A stretch of 64,000 nt of DNA from Dimorphilus gyrociliatus (GCA_904063045.1 CAJFCJ010000030.1:1-64000), one strand, 5' to 3'; shown: positions 13,321-27,260, numbered from the stretch's first letter. Notes: generated by a model not told the origin, from the letters alone. Program-made: numbers and translations.

Positions 13321-14529
13321 TTTTAAAATACTAGGCAAATGAATATTATTTAGCGAAAGAACCTATTATAATCATGTTTATAAACCATAAAACCTTGACT
13401 TGTGAAAAGAATTATAGGGTTGGTTAGGAGTATTATATAAGGTGTTAAATCTAAGCTACAGTACTTAGAAAAGAAAAAAACACTATAAATCAAATGAAAT
13501 TTATTTTTAGATAATAAAACATTAACTCTATATATATTAGTATATATATAATTTTGTAACATATACATTTATGATAACGGAAATATAAATTAATTCAATA
13601 ATTACTAAAATAACTAATATTAACTAATATAATTAGAATACTTAGGAAGAAGTTTTTGATAGAGTTAACTAATTCGATTCTATCTTTCTATCTATAAGTT
13701 TCTTTCTTTTTTTTTATTTTCAATCGTTTTTCAAACTGCAAAGTAAAGTATTAAAACAAAGAAGTTAATTTAGAGAGAGAAAAACCAGCAGGAAAAAGAA
13801 AAATAGATTTAATTTATAGATTATTTCTTTGATTTTATACCTTTTTTAGTTATTTCAATAATAAGGGAAAAGAATGTTTTTTTTGTTGTTGAAATTTTTT
13901 CATTTAAACTCGTTTTTTTCTCTTTCTCCTTTCCTATATTTCTTTCTTCCTGTCTCTCTCTCTCTCCCTCTCTTTCTCTCGCTTTAGGTTTTATTCATTA
14001 AACAATATTTTTTATTGAAAATAGTAAAATGGATCGCAAAAAAGTTTCTTTTTTATTTTCATTTACCCTTTTTAAAAGAAATGAAAGAATAGGAATAAAA
14101 ATGAATTGAATTGATATAAAATATAAAGTATTGTTTTATTGTATTTTCTCTCTCTCCCTCCCTCCCTCTCTCTCTCTCTCCCTCTCTCTCTCTCGTCATT
14201 TTACATGTTAAAAAAAACATATGAGATAACAGCTCTATTTGCCAGAAAATATTAAATGATATATATTAGTTCAATAAATTTATTAATTAATATATTAGAG
14301 TGTAGAGATGATAATTTAATTATAGAAGAGAGATGCTATGGCTTGTTTGTCAAATATTAAATTAATATACCTCAAGTATGATAAACTTTCGTATATTATT
14401 CTTTCCTATAGTCAATTATCAATAAAATGTAGATGATAAACAAACACGTTAGAAAAAAAAAAGATTTTGTAAAAACTTACTGATCGCTCTGCCCTTCCAG
14501 TAGAAAGTACTTACAAATTTCCTCTGTTA

Positions 14530-14543
14530 ACGATAGGTGGCGC
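14530..14543 (+). promoter_or_regulatory. CTCF-like motif ACGATAGGTGGCGC
   Basis: Matches the CTCF core consensus and lies in the long gene-free tract. Confidence 0.5.
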
Positions 14544-15901
14544 TTTTGTAGACCATTTCTTCATTTTATAGTGTGACATTTGCAATCAGAGTTGGCCATA
14601 ATTGAAACAATTAACTGAATGTCGACAGTAAAATTTGTTTGTCATGCTGGGTTCGTTTATTGAAAAGGGTTTCGAATGAAGTCTTCTTCTTCTCCTTTTT
14701 TTTACAGCTACATATCCATTTTCGATTTAACGCAGTATCGTACGAAACTGTTTGTTTTTGTCATATTTAGTATATAATTTATTTTAAAAGGATAATCAGT
14801 AATTTTCCATGAAACTGTCTCTTTATATTCCTTGAAATACTGATTAAATTCTTGAAGATATTTTAAGGGATATTGTTTATCAGCAGTCTATGCATTCATA
14901 GTATAACCTATAGGTGAAAAAACTGATAGAACTTTACATAAATCAACCACGAAATTTGATGATTTTTTTGTTTAGAAGAATTGAGATTATCTACTATATA
15001 TGACTTTATTCAATATCTTGTCACTTAAACATACGATATACGATTGTTTATAGGATTTTTCAGAGATTATTACAATCATCTTCTTCTCTTGTGTATTACT
15101 ATATTGTCGCTTATAAAAATCGGTAAATTGCACATTCATATGGGAGAACTTTTGGTTGAATTCCCAATGCATCGTTGTATATTAGTCGTCTCTCTAATAG
15201 ATTCTATCTACAGTACCGATAAAGTGCTGGTCATTACTCATCTGTTCGCCCCGACGTCCCTTAGGCTCCGATTTTTTCTTTTAACTGCTTGGTTTTTGGC
15301 TCCTCATCAATTCTGTTAGAATGCTATGTCATAAAGTTATTGTATCTATTCAAATAGAGTAACTTTTTTTTCTCTATTGTATACTTCAGTATACTAACCT
15401 TTACATATAAAAAATTATACATCATTCTCATCGCAGAGAAAACTTGCCCTTTTGTCACGGAGGAAGGGATAATTAGATGGATACATAATTCATGTATTTT
15501 TAAATCATTATTAAACTATTTTCCTTCTTATACATCTTTATAAATTTTCTTTCTTGTTATTATATTCTTTGATTTATCTATTTTTTTACTTTAAGGTGAG
15601 TTTTTTACATTCGCCATTTACTATATATATTCAATTTGTGTGAAATATAATCCCTTCTCATATATCCTAATCTATTTGAAATAGATAGTTTACCATACTT
15701 TAAAGACAAACACGTGTATATTAATATTTAATTTTTTATCCCTTTATTTCTATTATTGCATTTCCTTTACATCATTTTTACTCTTTTCCCTACTTTTTCG
15801 CTTCCTACTATACTTCCCATTTCCACCTTTACCTTACTTACCCCCTATATCTTCGATTCCGTAAAGGGTTTTTTTCTGGCCTCCTGTCCATCCCTCTCTC
15901 G

Positions 15902-15958
15902 CTCAGTCACTCAGTCACTCAGTCAGTCACTCACTCACTCACCCAAACACTCACTCAG
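15902..15958. repeat. Compound (TCAG/TCAC)n tetranucleotide repeat
   Basis: ctcagtcactcagtcactcagtcagtcactcactcactcac read directly. Confidence 0.85.
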
Positions 15959-18900
15959 CCTCTCTCCTGACGAAATAAAAGTCATTCTATATTTAGATCG
16001 CGTTTGCCTCATATTCAGGTATTGATGGCAAAGATTTAGAGAAGATAAACAGATTATAAATGAAATAGTATTTTAATATTGAAAGATTACACTTGGTAAA
16101 CGTAGGAATCGTTTAAAAGAAATTGGGGTTAAATATATGCCAAGACCGCTCTCCGCCAAGCAAATAGAATTCATCTTTTAAAAAGGGCAAATTGACTAAC
16201 GGTAGGACTGTTAAGACAGTAAAATGTCAAGCTTTTCGACTACATTATCATAGAAAGAGCTTTAGCGTGTGCCGAAATGAAGACCATACTATATACTGTA
16301 TATTAGTATATATATACAAATTTCAAAACTTAGTGTTTCTAAGTGAAATATACTTAATCATATTAGTTTATAATCGATATATTTATTGTGAAATACTGTT
16401 TAACAGACTATAAAGCTATAGACTGTTCGAATATTACTACTAAGCGAGATAAGAAGCAAAAATATCTCATCTTAAAATTTGCATTCATTCATCAACAATG
16501 AATAACTAACCCAAAAAATTTGACAACTGCTAATCAATATTCTGAACAGCAACTGTTGCAGAAAATGTATTCATTAAATCAGGCTGATTGGCTACATCAT
16601 AAACGGATGTTAAGAAGTCATCAAGAGGTAATAGTTGCTCTCGTCATAGCAACTCAATTTATAAAGACGTCTATATCTTATTCCCTTCAAAGGTGTCGTT
16701 TATTATTGACTATACAGTATCAGCGTCTACAGTTTAAGATATTGTGATTGTTTGAAAACTTCAAATTGCAGAAAGGGCTACGATTTATTTTAATATAGAA
16801 ATACCATACATCGCCATTTTTATAAATGTTGATCGTTTGTTTATATATACAGTAGATGTGTTGTTTAAAACTAAAATCAAAAAAGAAAAACAAGGAGACG
16901 CCCCCGGTTAAATCGATATAATTATATATGAAATTGTATACGAAGATATTAGAAGATTTATATCTTCTCTTATTCAATTAACTATTGTAAAATAAATACA
17001 TCATGTGACATTTTGAAATTGGATAAAATTTCTTTTTGGAAATACTAACTTAAAGAAAATCTTTAGACGAGAAATATCTTTATATTTTCTTTTTAAGTTT
17101 GCATATTTTATTACTTTCTGTATGTAAAGAGGATTTAAGGGATTAGTAAGATAAAGTTATAAATTCTCAATAATCTTTATGAAAGTTATCATGTTTCATA
17201 TTCCAAAAATAAAATATAATACAAGCTCCTTATAGCTTTATGTAAATATTCTCTTCTAGTTAGGTTAATGAAATATGAACATATATTATAATATTTAAAT
17301 AATAATTATGTAAATATTCAACAAAGTTACCACTAGTCTAGTTTATTAATAAGTAGAAGATCTACAAATTTATATACTGTTTATATTCTCTATTATAAAA
17401 AGAAAAGAGAGCGTCTTTCATTGAAAAGACCTTTATTTGTTCCAATAATATTAATATTATACATAAAAAGTCAAATAAATTCATTAACATAATAAAAAAA
17501 ACTCCTCCTTTATAAAGCTATTTAAGAAATAATTAAAAGTCAATTACTTATTGGAATTTAACAATTGCTATTGTTACTACTACGGAAAGAGGAAATCAAC
17601 GTTTTCTCTTAATATAAATATAGCTATTCAATTTCATTATTGGTGACGATAATTGAAATGTTTATTTTTTTTTCTCTCTTCTACACTTATAGGTAATTTA
17701 ATTTACATTTCTCTTAATTTTTACTTTTAATATATTCATATTTCTTTTTATGCTAATTAATTAAATCATTTAATTCTGCTCTTTCTTTTTATTTTCTATT
17801 CACAGGTTATTTACACTTTAATAGGTCATTGATTTCTTACTGTTATTTAAATAATAACTCATTTTTTTTTTAAAATAGAAATAGCCAAAGTATTATTGAA
17901 AATATTAAGAAGCATATATACGAATATATATACTGTATACACTGTACTATATACAAATATGCTATATTTTAATAACGTACATACATGTTGTTATATTGTA
18001 TGTAAGTCATAGGCCTGTTAATGATAATAACAAAGACAAAAGAATTTAATAAGATTGTTGATTTTTTGTTATTTACATTCTAAATTGTGGCTACTTTTTT
18101 TTTAGAAGTAAAAATAATTGAGGTACTTATCAGACTATATCGTTAAAAAATATTGATTATCACTACCATTAGCATTATATCTCATATATAATCTAATAAA
18201 TAAGAGATTCCTATCGGTTTTCGATGGCGTTAATTTCCTCTACTTGATACATAGAAACTATAATCATTTTTTTTTAATACACAGTATTAACTAATATAGT
18301 AAGAGAAAGTGAAAGAGAGAGAGAGAGAGAGAGAGAGAAAAAAAAGGCACAAGACCTTTTTGGTTAGTGTGTGAATGAGATTTTTTGTAAATAGTACGGT
18401 TTTTTTGATTTGATACATTAAATTAGCATAAACTAATTATTCGCATACTATTACTAGATTCCTGTTTGTCACGTACAACTTTAAAGTCAACTATTTACTT
18501 TTAATTATGAGAATCTTTCTCTCCCTCCCTTTCTCTTTGTTTTTGCTTTACTCCCTTATAATCAAATATAAATATTAAGTAAGATATCGAAAAAGAAAAT
18601 ATCCGTCATAATTTTTTATTAAGCCTAAGTTAAAAGTAAAGTTCTATCCTGGCCAGTTATATAAATAGATAGAAATATAAATATTTCTGTCTTTGACGAA
18701 ATTATTCTCTAATAAAATACTAATAAGATTGTAAATAATAAAAAAAAAAGAAAAGCAGCATAAAGTGGAAAACGGAGAAGAAAATCGAAACAGATTACTT
18801 CAATGCTTTACAGACCAATTTCCACCCTCTCTGACCGTCGTTCATAACTTCCTTGCCACCCACCCACCCAACCAACCCTCTCGACTCGTCTTTACTCTTC

Positions 18901-19458
18901 TTGAATAGAAAAGGAGGGTAGTTTAAACAGAGGCAGACTAATATTAAGAAGAGCTCTGAAAAGGCACAAAATATATATCGAGTATATATATATATATATA
19001 TATTCTAGTACAATATATTTATTAAGTAGGCCTATAATTTGGGTACTCGAATAATATAAATGACAACCTAGCAACAACAAATCACTGTTAAGGCATGCTT
19101 AGTCTTGAAAGAATATATTACAGTCGGTCCTGTTGACTTTTACCGTTGACTAGAGATATTCAATATTTAATCTTGTCAACGATAGGACTTTCTACAGTAG
19201 GAAAATTATGAATGGCAGGTTTGTATAGCTGCTTAATTATATATCGAACGAGTTATGACAAACTATGGTGCAACTATAGCAACCACACAGTAGAGTTTGT
19301 CAATAGGGAAATATTCCTTGCTATTAACATACTTGATAAATTGGTTTTCTTCTAGAAGAAAAAAAATCGATTCAAGTATATTTCCTGTTATCAAATTATT
19401 TTAAGCTTTAAAATGATAAGGATTAGCAAAATAGTTTCATATTAGCTATTTATTATCG

Positions 19459-22400
19459 ATGGATCGAAGTTTAAGGTTTGATTTAGAAGATGTTTCCTCT
19501 TGTAGAGACGAAGACGAGGAGAAGATTGAGGATGCTTTACAAGTTCATCAATTAGAAGAACTTTGCTCTAAATTCTCCCTGCATAATCCTCCCCCGGTGC
19601 CAATTAAGTTCGGTTTTGGAAAAAATCCCGTAAAATGGAGAAGACGAGAGCCGGGTTTAGTAAACAAAGAAGAGTTAAGAAAGATGCTTTCTCAAGTTTT
19701 ACCAAAGGGTCATAAGGCTTCCTCCTCAAGACACGCTGATTCCCTATTTGCTAAACTTGATACATCTTGTGACGGTTTTGTCGATTGGAATGAATTATGT
19801 ACTTATGTCCTATTACAATTAAGAGAGAAGGATCTTAGTGATAATGCAGTTGCACCTCCGGTTCATCACTCTCCAAAGATTAAGCATTTATTACATAATA
19901 GACAAGAATCGACAACAAGGATTCTCGTCGCTGAAGCCCCTCTAAAATATATAACAGTTAGTAAAGAAGGTTCCGTAAGTGTTGTTGATGGGAAAACACT
20001 TAAATTGGAGAAGAATACTATTATGCAAAATGATATTAGTGACGCTAACGCACCTAAACGTCGTTTTAAACAATGGGTAAGTTTATTTCTTTTTTCATTT
20101 ATTGCAATAAAGGAAAAAGAGACGCCCTAGGAACGGAATTAATCTATTTTATTACGTAACATTCCTAATCCTTCGGAATATGAAATCAATCTTAAGACGC
20201 CTCCATTAAACTGTTTCCATTTTAAAGATGCCATTACCAAATAAATATGAAACTATCAGGTGACAGATGCTGCGTATTTATCAAATGTGCGGAAATTTGT
20301 TCTGGCAACAACTGGACGAGATTTACGCTTCTTCGATGCTACATCAACATCTTACAACGAAGAGTACGCTGTATACGGACTGATAGACGTCCCATGCTGT
20401 CTTCATTATGAAACAGAGATTGGAAAACCTTCACTACCTTCTACCCTTATGTGGGGAGATGACGCTGGCAATATACATCTCTTTACTTTTCTTAGACCGA
20501 CTAATCAACTCTTCGACGTTGTCTCAAGACCAGGAAGAGGCGTTACGAAGCTATTCTTTAAGGATTTTAACTTTCACACATCCAAGTTTGTAAGTCATCG
20601 AACAATCGATGCAGTCCATCCGGAGGCTGTTAGGAGAATTGCTTACATATCGGATAGCGAGTATATTGTTTCATCTTCCTCAAACCCAAGGTCTGCCGTT
20701 GTGGTTATTGATCCTCACTTAAAAAAGAAAACCTACACATTTAAATTAACTAAGAGTATTGAATGTTTTGCTCTTAGTAAAGTATCGAATGTTTTAGTTA
20801 CAGGCGGTAATGATAGAATAGTCCGCCTTTGGAATCCTTACGTGGTTTCGAAACCTATAGCTGTCTTGACTGGTCATGCTCAAGCAGTTTTAGATGTAAT
20901 TGTACACGATCCTTTGACGTTAATCTTCTCCTATTCTAGAGACGCCGTAGTAAAAGTTTGGGATCTCAGGGAACATATTTGCGTTCAAACGATCAATATA
21001 CATTTCACATGTGTTGCGTATGGTCGCTTACCGGAACATGGCCCTTTCCCACTTAGATTGCATTTGGGACCTCCCCACGATACTTTAGTCGTTGCCTGCA
21101 ATGATTATATGGCACAGATTCGATTAGGCAGACCACCAAGTGCCTCCCGCTATACTAGATCTTCTCACAGCGCTCCCTTAGCAGGTGCCAGATTTAATAA
21201 GCAATTCAACCAAGTTGTGAGTGCTGCAGAAGACTCCAGTTTAGCCGTGTGGGATGTTTTTACCGGGAGGAAGTTACAATTTGTTAGAAATACCCATGGC
21301 AACGAAGAGGTCACTTCGATAACAACTGACAGTAGCGGGAGAAGAGTGGCAACTGGCGCTAGAAATGGGACTGTCAAAATATGGAGTACCCAAACGGCTC
21401 ATCAAATGCATTCGCTAAACCGGATAAGTGATCAGGAAATTACTGGCATAGTTCACTTGCCCACCACAAGGGCTTTTTTAACTGTTGGTTGGAGCCGACG
21501 TCTGACCACGTACGATGACGCTTCGGTAGATACAGCCCAGGTCAGCGGCCATGTCTGGGGGTATCATAACGACGACATATTAGCAGTGAGTCATTCTCCC
21601 CCATCCCTAGTTGCTACAGGCTCTTTTGATGGTGAAATAGTTATTTGGAGTTTAGAAACTGAAGGGCTTTTTGCACGAGTTAGACGACCACGACCAGCAG
21701 GTTTCGGCCCGCCCCGAACACCTTCTTCGAGACCTGCGTCGCGTCGACATAGGCCACAAAAATCCCCATTGACCCCAGCCTACCCAGCTCCAGTTGACGC
21801 TTTACTATTCCTGCAAAAGAGAATACAAGGTCGCTTTAGAAGGTACGCGGCTACTTTGGTTTCTACCGATAGTGGATTAATATATTGGTGGAGAATACAC
21901 GGAACGCCATTACTTAGAGGAAAGCATAAATCTGCTTCCTCAGTCAAGGAAGTTTCTCTTTGTTTGGCTACTGACGATGAAAATAAATATTTAATAAGTG
22001 GCGATTCTGCGGGTTATATCCTCATTTGGAATATAGAGAATTATTTAATAGATAGTACTGAAAATAAATCAAAGAGCCCTGAATTATATAGCTCTTGGTT
22101 AGGTCACAATAGAGCTGTAGTTAGCGTTGACTACGCCGAAATAGAGGATGTTGGTAAATTCGTTGTCACAGCATCTACTGATCATCTGGTAGGCCTTTGG
22201 ACTTTGGAAGGTCGTGCTATTGGTACCTTTGGACAGAAGGGCCATTGGGATCTAATGAAGTTAAAAACTTGGTCAAACATGGAGAAAGAAGAGGAGAATG
22301 TGAGCATTGCCAAAGAGGAGGAAAGAAGCGAAATTAATGAGTTAATAAATCCTAAAAATGAAGAAGAAAGTGTAGAAGAGATCAAGATGCACGATACACA

Positions 22401-22845
22401 AGAAATTAAATCTGCTTCTCCATTACATCCAATAGAGACTAATAATAACGAACAAGATTTACTTTTACCACCAAGAGGGTCTTCTATGGCAAACTACGCG
22501 AGAAGTTCCACGATTCTAGGATTAAGAGTTGAGAGACAATTGTCAAAGGTAACAGACGACAGGGCAACGAGACGAAAGACGGTGGAATCGTTAAATACAT
22601 CGACCGCTGTTCGAATAGGTACTGTCTGTTGTCCCTATCAAGCTTTAAACACTCCTTCCTTGGTCGAAGCCGATAATACGTCGTTGGAATATAAATTAAG
22701 GGAAATTAGTTTGGCAACTTTGAAGCCAGCGTCCGGTGGACGTAAAAGGGAAGGAAGTAGGGTTTCCTTGCATTTACCGGCCATTAAGGGAAGTAGAGGT
22801 CCGGTTTTAGGAAGAAAGTCAAAAACCTCTATTTCTTTAACATAA
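19459..22845 (+). CDS. WDR49: EF-hand + WD40 repeat protein, WDR49/CFAP337-like (WDR64/WDY family), about 1067 aa, 2 exons
   Basis: Exons 19459-20076 and 20260-22845 (phase 0, TGG|gtaagt ... cag|GTG). N-terminal EF-hand LFAKLDTSCDGFVDWNE, WVTD...DLRFFD motif, many WD repeats (LVTGGNDRIVRLWN, GHAQAV, YSRDAVVKVWD, ATGSFDGEIVIWS). Confidence 0.8.
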
Positions 22846-23036
22846 ATATTGAAATATTAAACTGCATATGTTTTTTTTTACATATTTTTTAATTTCATTC
22901 CTAAAGTCTTTCGCAATTTTTTGCAGTATCTTTTTTTTTTACAATAAACAATTGAATATATAAAATTGAAAAGCTAATAATAAAAACATATACACTAAAA
23001 GACTATACAAGCTGCGTAGACTACACAACTTTCATA

Positions 23037-23050
23037 CCGATAGATGGCTC
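23037..23050 (+). promoter_or_regulatory. CTCF-like motif CCGATAGATGGCTC
   Basis: Partial match to the CTCF core, about 190 nt downstream of the WDR49-like stop. Confidence 0.45.
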
Positions 23051-23744
23051 CTTTAACTAGTTAAAATACAAATGAAAAACAAAAAAAAACTATTAAGAAA
23101 AACAGTGTGACATTTCTGTGACAAGAATAAAATGTGTAGTAGAAAGAGAAAAAAACAGAAACATTTATTAAAAGAATTAATAAAAGAAATATAAACATAG
23201 AATAACGTTTAAGATTTTCTACTTTTCTTTTATTCCTTTTTGTTTCTAGTTAAAGTGCTTTTTTAGCAATAAAAAGTAGAATATTCCTATTTAGATATGT
23301 GAATAAATTGAAAGGAAATATATATATATACTGTATATAGGACGCATTCCACAATACAAAACATTAATTCAATCTATAATTGATTTCTCTTTAAGGTTAC
23401 AGTTATAATATATTTAAAAATTGTTTATGCATGATAATAAATATGAATAAGAAGAAGAATAGAAAATTAATAACTTATTAGAAAAAGAATAATATTCTCA
23501 AATGTTCTAGTTTCTTCTCTAGTTTTAATAATGAAAAAACAACATAGGATTTAACTATAGAGATAATGATTTTCTGTATTGGGAATAAGACTATTATTAC
23601 TCATAGATTACGTATAACAATTTCCAATAGAAATTTACATGTAAAGTAAATTTATTCAGTTAACAACTTTGCCTTCTATTTAGAGAAAATTTCTTTTAAT
23701 ACTACAATCCTTTTTCATCATGGTTTTATTTAAACATTAGTTTA

Positions 23745-23778
23745 TATACTGTATATACAGTATATACAGTATACTGTA
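23745..23778. repeat. Four tandem TA-CWG-TA units (TACTGTA, TACAGTA, TACAGTA, TACTGTA) in a TA context
   Basis: tatactgtatatacagtatatacagtatactgta read directly. The same unit is dispersed through the window. Confidence 0.9.
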
Positions 23779-25208
23779 TTTGTATATATTCAACACCGAA
23801 AACTAACTATTAACGATCTTAAATTCTTTGAATAGATAGTTGAACTCTTTATAAAGGCATTAGCTAACAAACCAATTATAAATGCAAAAAAAGAAGGGGA
23901 TATTAGATCTCTTTCTCATTCCTTATAAAAAAACATTCTTTATTCTACCTATCTTTTATTAGAAATAAATTGACATGTTTATTTGTCTCTTTTAAACGGA
24001 CGTGTCCTCCATTTCAACAGAAAAAGACTTATGGGAAAGTTACAAAAAGCTTTAACTATTTTTAGAAAACCTAATTAGGTTAAATTAGTTTTTATTTATT
24101 ATTTAAATATTAAAATCAAGGTAGTAAACCTAAGACGTGCTCGGTACACTTTTTTTGGGGGGATTTGTATTCATTATTCTTTTGAAAGCTATCCTATATA
24201 GAGCATCATACTATCATAGTATATAATATATTGCTACATATAAGGCAATAGAATTTCTCTAAAGACTAATGCATGAAATAGAGTTTTTTTATCAAAACAG
24301 ATAACAATTTCCATGTTCGTATATTAGGAATATAACTTAGTCTAAATTCCTAGACAGGTAATCTTTCCTTTCTAGGAGAAAATTTCGAAAATCGATTATC
24401 AGTCCTGTATAAGTCTGATCATGGCGTTGAGGAGAACTTCATCGAAATCTTACCATAAATGTCTTTTATCAAGATATTCCTGACTTCACTTATTGATAAT
24501 TCTACTCTATTTTTATAAGTTCATCACCTTAAAATTTAGGTTGTGTAATCAACAGTAAAATAGTATTATACAGTAATAAAGGGTATCATTATGATAACCT
24601 TGAACAAATGTCATAGGACGCAAATTAGCATTATCTCCTCTTTGACTTACTTAGAATTGGTATTCTTTTGTTTATCCCAGTCGTTTCTTTACGATTACCA
24701 TAACTACATTCGAAATTAAATTCAGATATTTGTACATGTACTCTATAGATTTTGTCATTGGCATTAGAAGGGTTCTTCAATAAATTTCAGGAGGCTTTTA
24801 TCGAACATATAAATAAAATTCAATAAAACTATTGATGCACTTCGTTATTTATAAAAATATCACATACTTCAAGGTCAATATCTCCTTATTCATCTTACCG
24901 ATTATGTATTAATACCTTGTACAATTAATTTTATTGACTAGTGCACATTTACTAGCCATAGATTGATGTTGCCTTCAATTGTCGCTAATTATTTATAAAA
25001 GAAATAATATCATAATGAAAAATCAATTTACACAATATCTTTCATGAAATCGTAGATTAAACACAAAAAATTTCCCCATAAACTCTTTCACTTTCTTTGC
25101 TATTCTTTTATCTATCAATTCTATATTATAAGATATCTACAATTTCCTTTTAATTAACAATTCAAGTGTGTCACTTTATTAATAAAATAACTTCTTAGTT
25201 TTAAAAGT

Positions 25209-26216
25209 TTATTTTAAATTTTGATATCGAAACTCAAGTTCACAAATATTTATATTAGTTTTTTCATTTATGTAAATGTGAAATTCATCGCTGGCGATTT
25301 CGCAGTCATATTCGCAACTGTTCGTTTCAATTCTCTTGCAAGATTGGTACTTTTGCGGTACTCTTCCAAATAGCATTATATTTTCGCAGTCTCCTCCTTG
25401 TTGTTTAATCGTTAGGCTTTGAACTGAAAATGGAAAGTTTAAAAGTAAGATACTAGAATTTCTTTGCAAGTTAATACAGGAAGTAGAATTCGCATCAAAA
25501 AGAATATTCCAGTTTGTACTTGAACAAAAATCTGAAGTTTCTAAAACATTCACTTTCGGATAGATTTCTTCTTCGCAAATCAAATCTTCCAATGTGTAAT
25601 ATATATATTCATGACTACCATCAATATCCCCAAATGTTACAGCTTTTACAGGTAACCTTTCTTTTTTTACTGCTATTCTACCGTAATCTGTGTATTGTTC
25701 TGTATCGACAGCCTCTGATATTGCGTTACAAGATGTATTTGGCGATCCAGAGATTTCACATACTCCACTTATTAAACAAAGACATCCACCATCTATATTA
25801 CTTTGAAGAGGTATGACAGTATTGTCCCAAAACGTAAATTTCTGATGACTTATATGAGCATTTCTTTCCGTATAGTTAAAAAACTGACGACAATTAAATT
25901 TTGCTTCCTCCATGAACTTGCTCATATCATTATCAGTAAAATTTGAATATGATATAAAATAAGTTTTAGCTGGAACTTGACGAAGATAAGTATTGGGTTT
26001 TGTATTCGGCTTAACAAAGGAAACGAGTGTAAAATTATTTTGAATTTCACAATAAACATTGGCTATGCCACCTTCAGCCAATGGTTGAATAAAATAATCA
26101 CCAGACTCCTTATTCATCCATATAGCTTCGTTGCAATTTTTGTATGTGACTATAGAATCAATAGGATAAAATTGAAAGGCGAAAAGTATCATACATAGAA
26201 GAAGAGACGTATACAT
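25209..26216 (-). CDS. Secreted single-exon protein: CASPR/neurexin-IV-type fibrinogen-like domain plus C-terminal Cys-containing domain, 335 aa (paralog A)
   Basis: The likely start is Met50 of the ORF (MYTSLLLCMILFAF signal peptide). Motifs C.....SGDYFI....VYC, CRQFFNY, CLCLISGVC, TDYGRIAVKKERLPVKAVTFGD..HEYIYYTLEDLIC follow the CNTNAP fibrinogen-like domain pattern. Aligns end to end with 27671-28681. Confidence 0.8.
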   Translation of the reverse strand: MYTSLLLCMILFAFQFYPIDSIVTYKNCNEAIWMNKESGDYFIQPLAEGGIANVYCEIQNNFTLVSFVKPNTKPNTYLRQVPAKTYFISYSNFTDNDMSKFMEEAKFNCRQFFNYTERNAHISHQKFTFWDNTVIPLQSNIDGGCLCLISGVCEISGSPNTSCNAISEAVDTEQYTDYGRIAVKKERLPVKAVTFGDIDGSHEYIYYTLEDLICEEEIYPKVNVLETSDFCSSTNWNILFDANSTSCINLQRNSSILLLNFPFSVQSLTIKQQGGDCENIMLFGRVPQKYQSCKRIETNSCEYDCEIASDEFHIYINEKTNINICELEFRYQNLK

Positions 26217-26449
26217 TTTGAGATTTATATAAAAATGAAGGGTGAAATATATATACAGTATATTTATACATATATATATATATATATATATCTTGAAAAT
26301 ACTTGTCAGATTAATCGTTATATTGAAAAGCTTTTTAACAAACCAAAAACTATTTGATGACAAGCAACTCTTGAGGAATTGTATTTAATCTAACAATGGA
26401 GACTAAAACTTCTTTAATAGTCCTTCTAACAAGGAAATATTGAAAATTT

Positions 26450-27260
26450 ATGACAAACTATTGAAATATCGATTTATCATATCTGTTTAGAAAGGTCTTA
26501 GATTGAAAATATCTTGTTTAAACAGAATATAGGAGTAAACGAATGCTTTTGAATTTATAATGAAAATATGCGTGATTCTATCGTTAAGCAACCTATAATC
26601 AAATAATCCGTATTTTGGGAAAAGACATATCAAGGTACAGGTAGTTAAGTTATCATCGAACAATCAGCTTCAGTGATATTGATAACATGTGAATGAAAAA
26701 TAGGAATATTTAACTTTTGGCATCATTCTTTGACTAACATACCAAATTCCCAAAGTATAAAAATATGGATAGTGTGAGAGATAAAAGTAAAAATAGAATT
26801 TTTTTACTGGTACTCTCTCTTTCTTAACAAGAAAATCACTTGAATCTTTAGAAAAGATGACAGGCGTCACGGTTAGGTGACATTTTGTTAAAGCTGATCC
26901 TGAATTTATATACATATCCCTTAAAGACATCTGCAAATATCATCCTATTTTCTCCAATGTTCATTATGTATGCGATACTATCCTAAAAAGTACATTTTCT
27001 TGTTCACCTATTCCTATTAGTATTTCGATATTTGAAAGACTACCTTCATTTAAATTTACCATCATTTAACAATTCATTCATATCTTCTTCTGAAAAACTA
27101 TCATAATGAGGAGTAAATTTGTGGTAATTTACTGCTATGTATGAATTAGTAATTCCATTGAGTTGTTAGGATGCTTCAATTGAAAATTTTGTTTAACTTG
27201 TAAGTAACATTTATCACTCCACCATCTGGCATAGGCTAAATTAAATAATTTTAAATCGCT
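26450..27260 (-). pseudogene. Decayed third paralog of the fibrinogen-like-domain family
   Basis: Minus-strand fragments YLI*PMPDGGVINV, YDSFSEEDMNELLNDGKFK*R*SFKY, DICRCL*GIC, NSGSALTKC, FLVKKERVPVKKFYF, YFYTL..MMPKV and LFDDNLTTC are collinear with both flanking paralogs but carry many stops and frameshifts. Boundaries approximate. Confidence 0.85.

Noticed and set aside
24360-25013. Minus-strand stop-riddled fragments with protein-like stretches (DKIYRVHVQISEFNFECSYG)
   Set aside because: No recognisable family and no alignment to the neighbouring paralogs by eye. It may be an old pseudogene, but I cannot support that.
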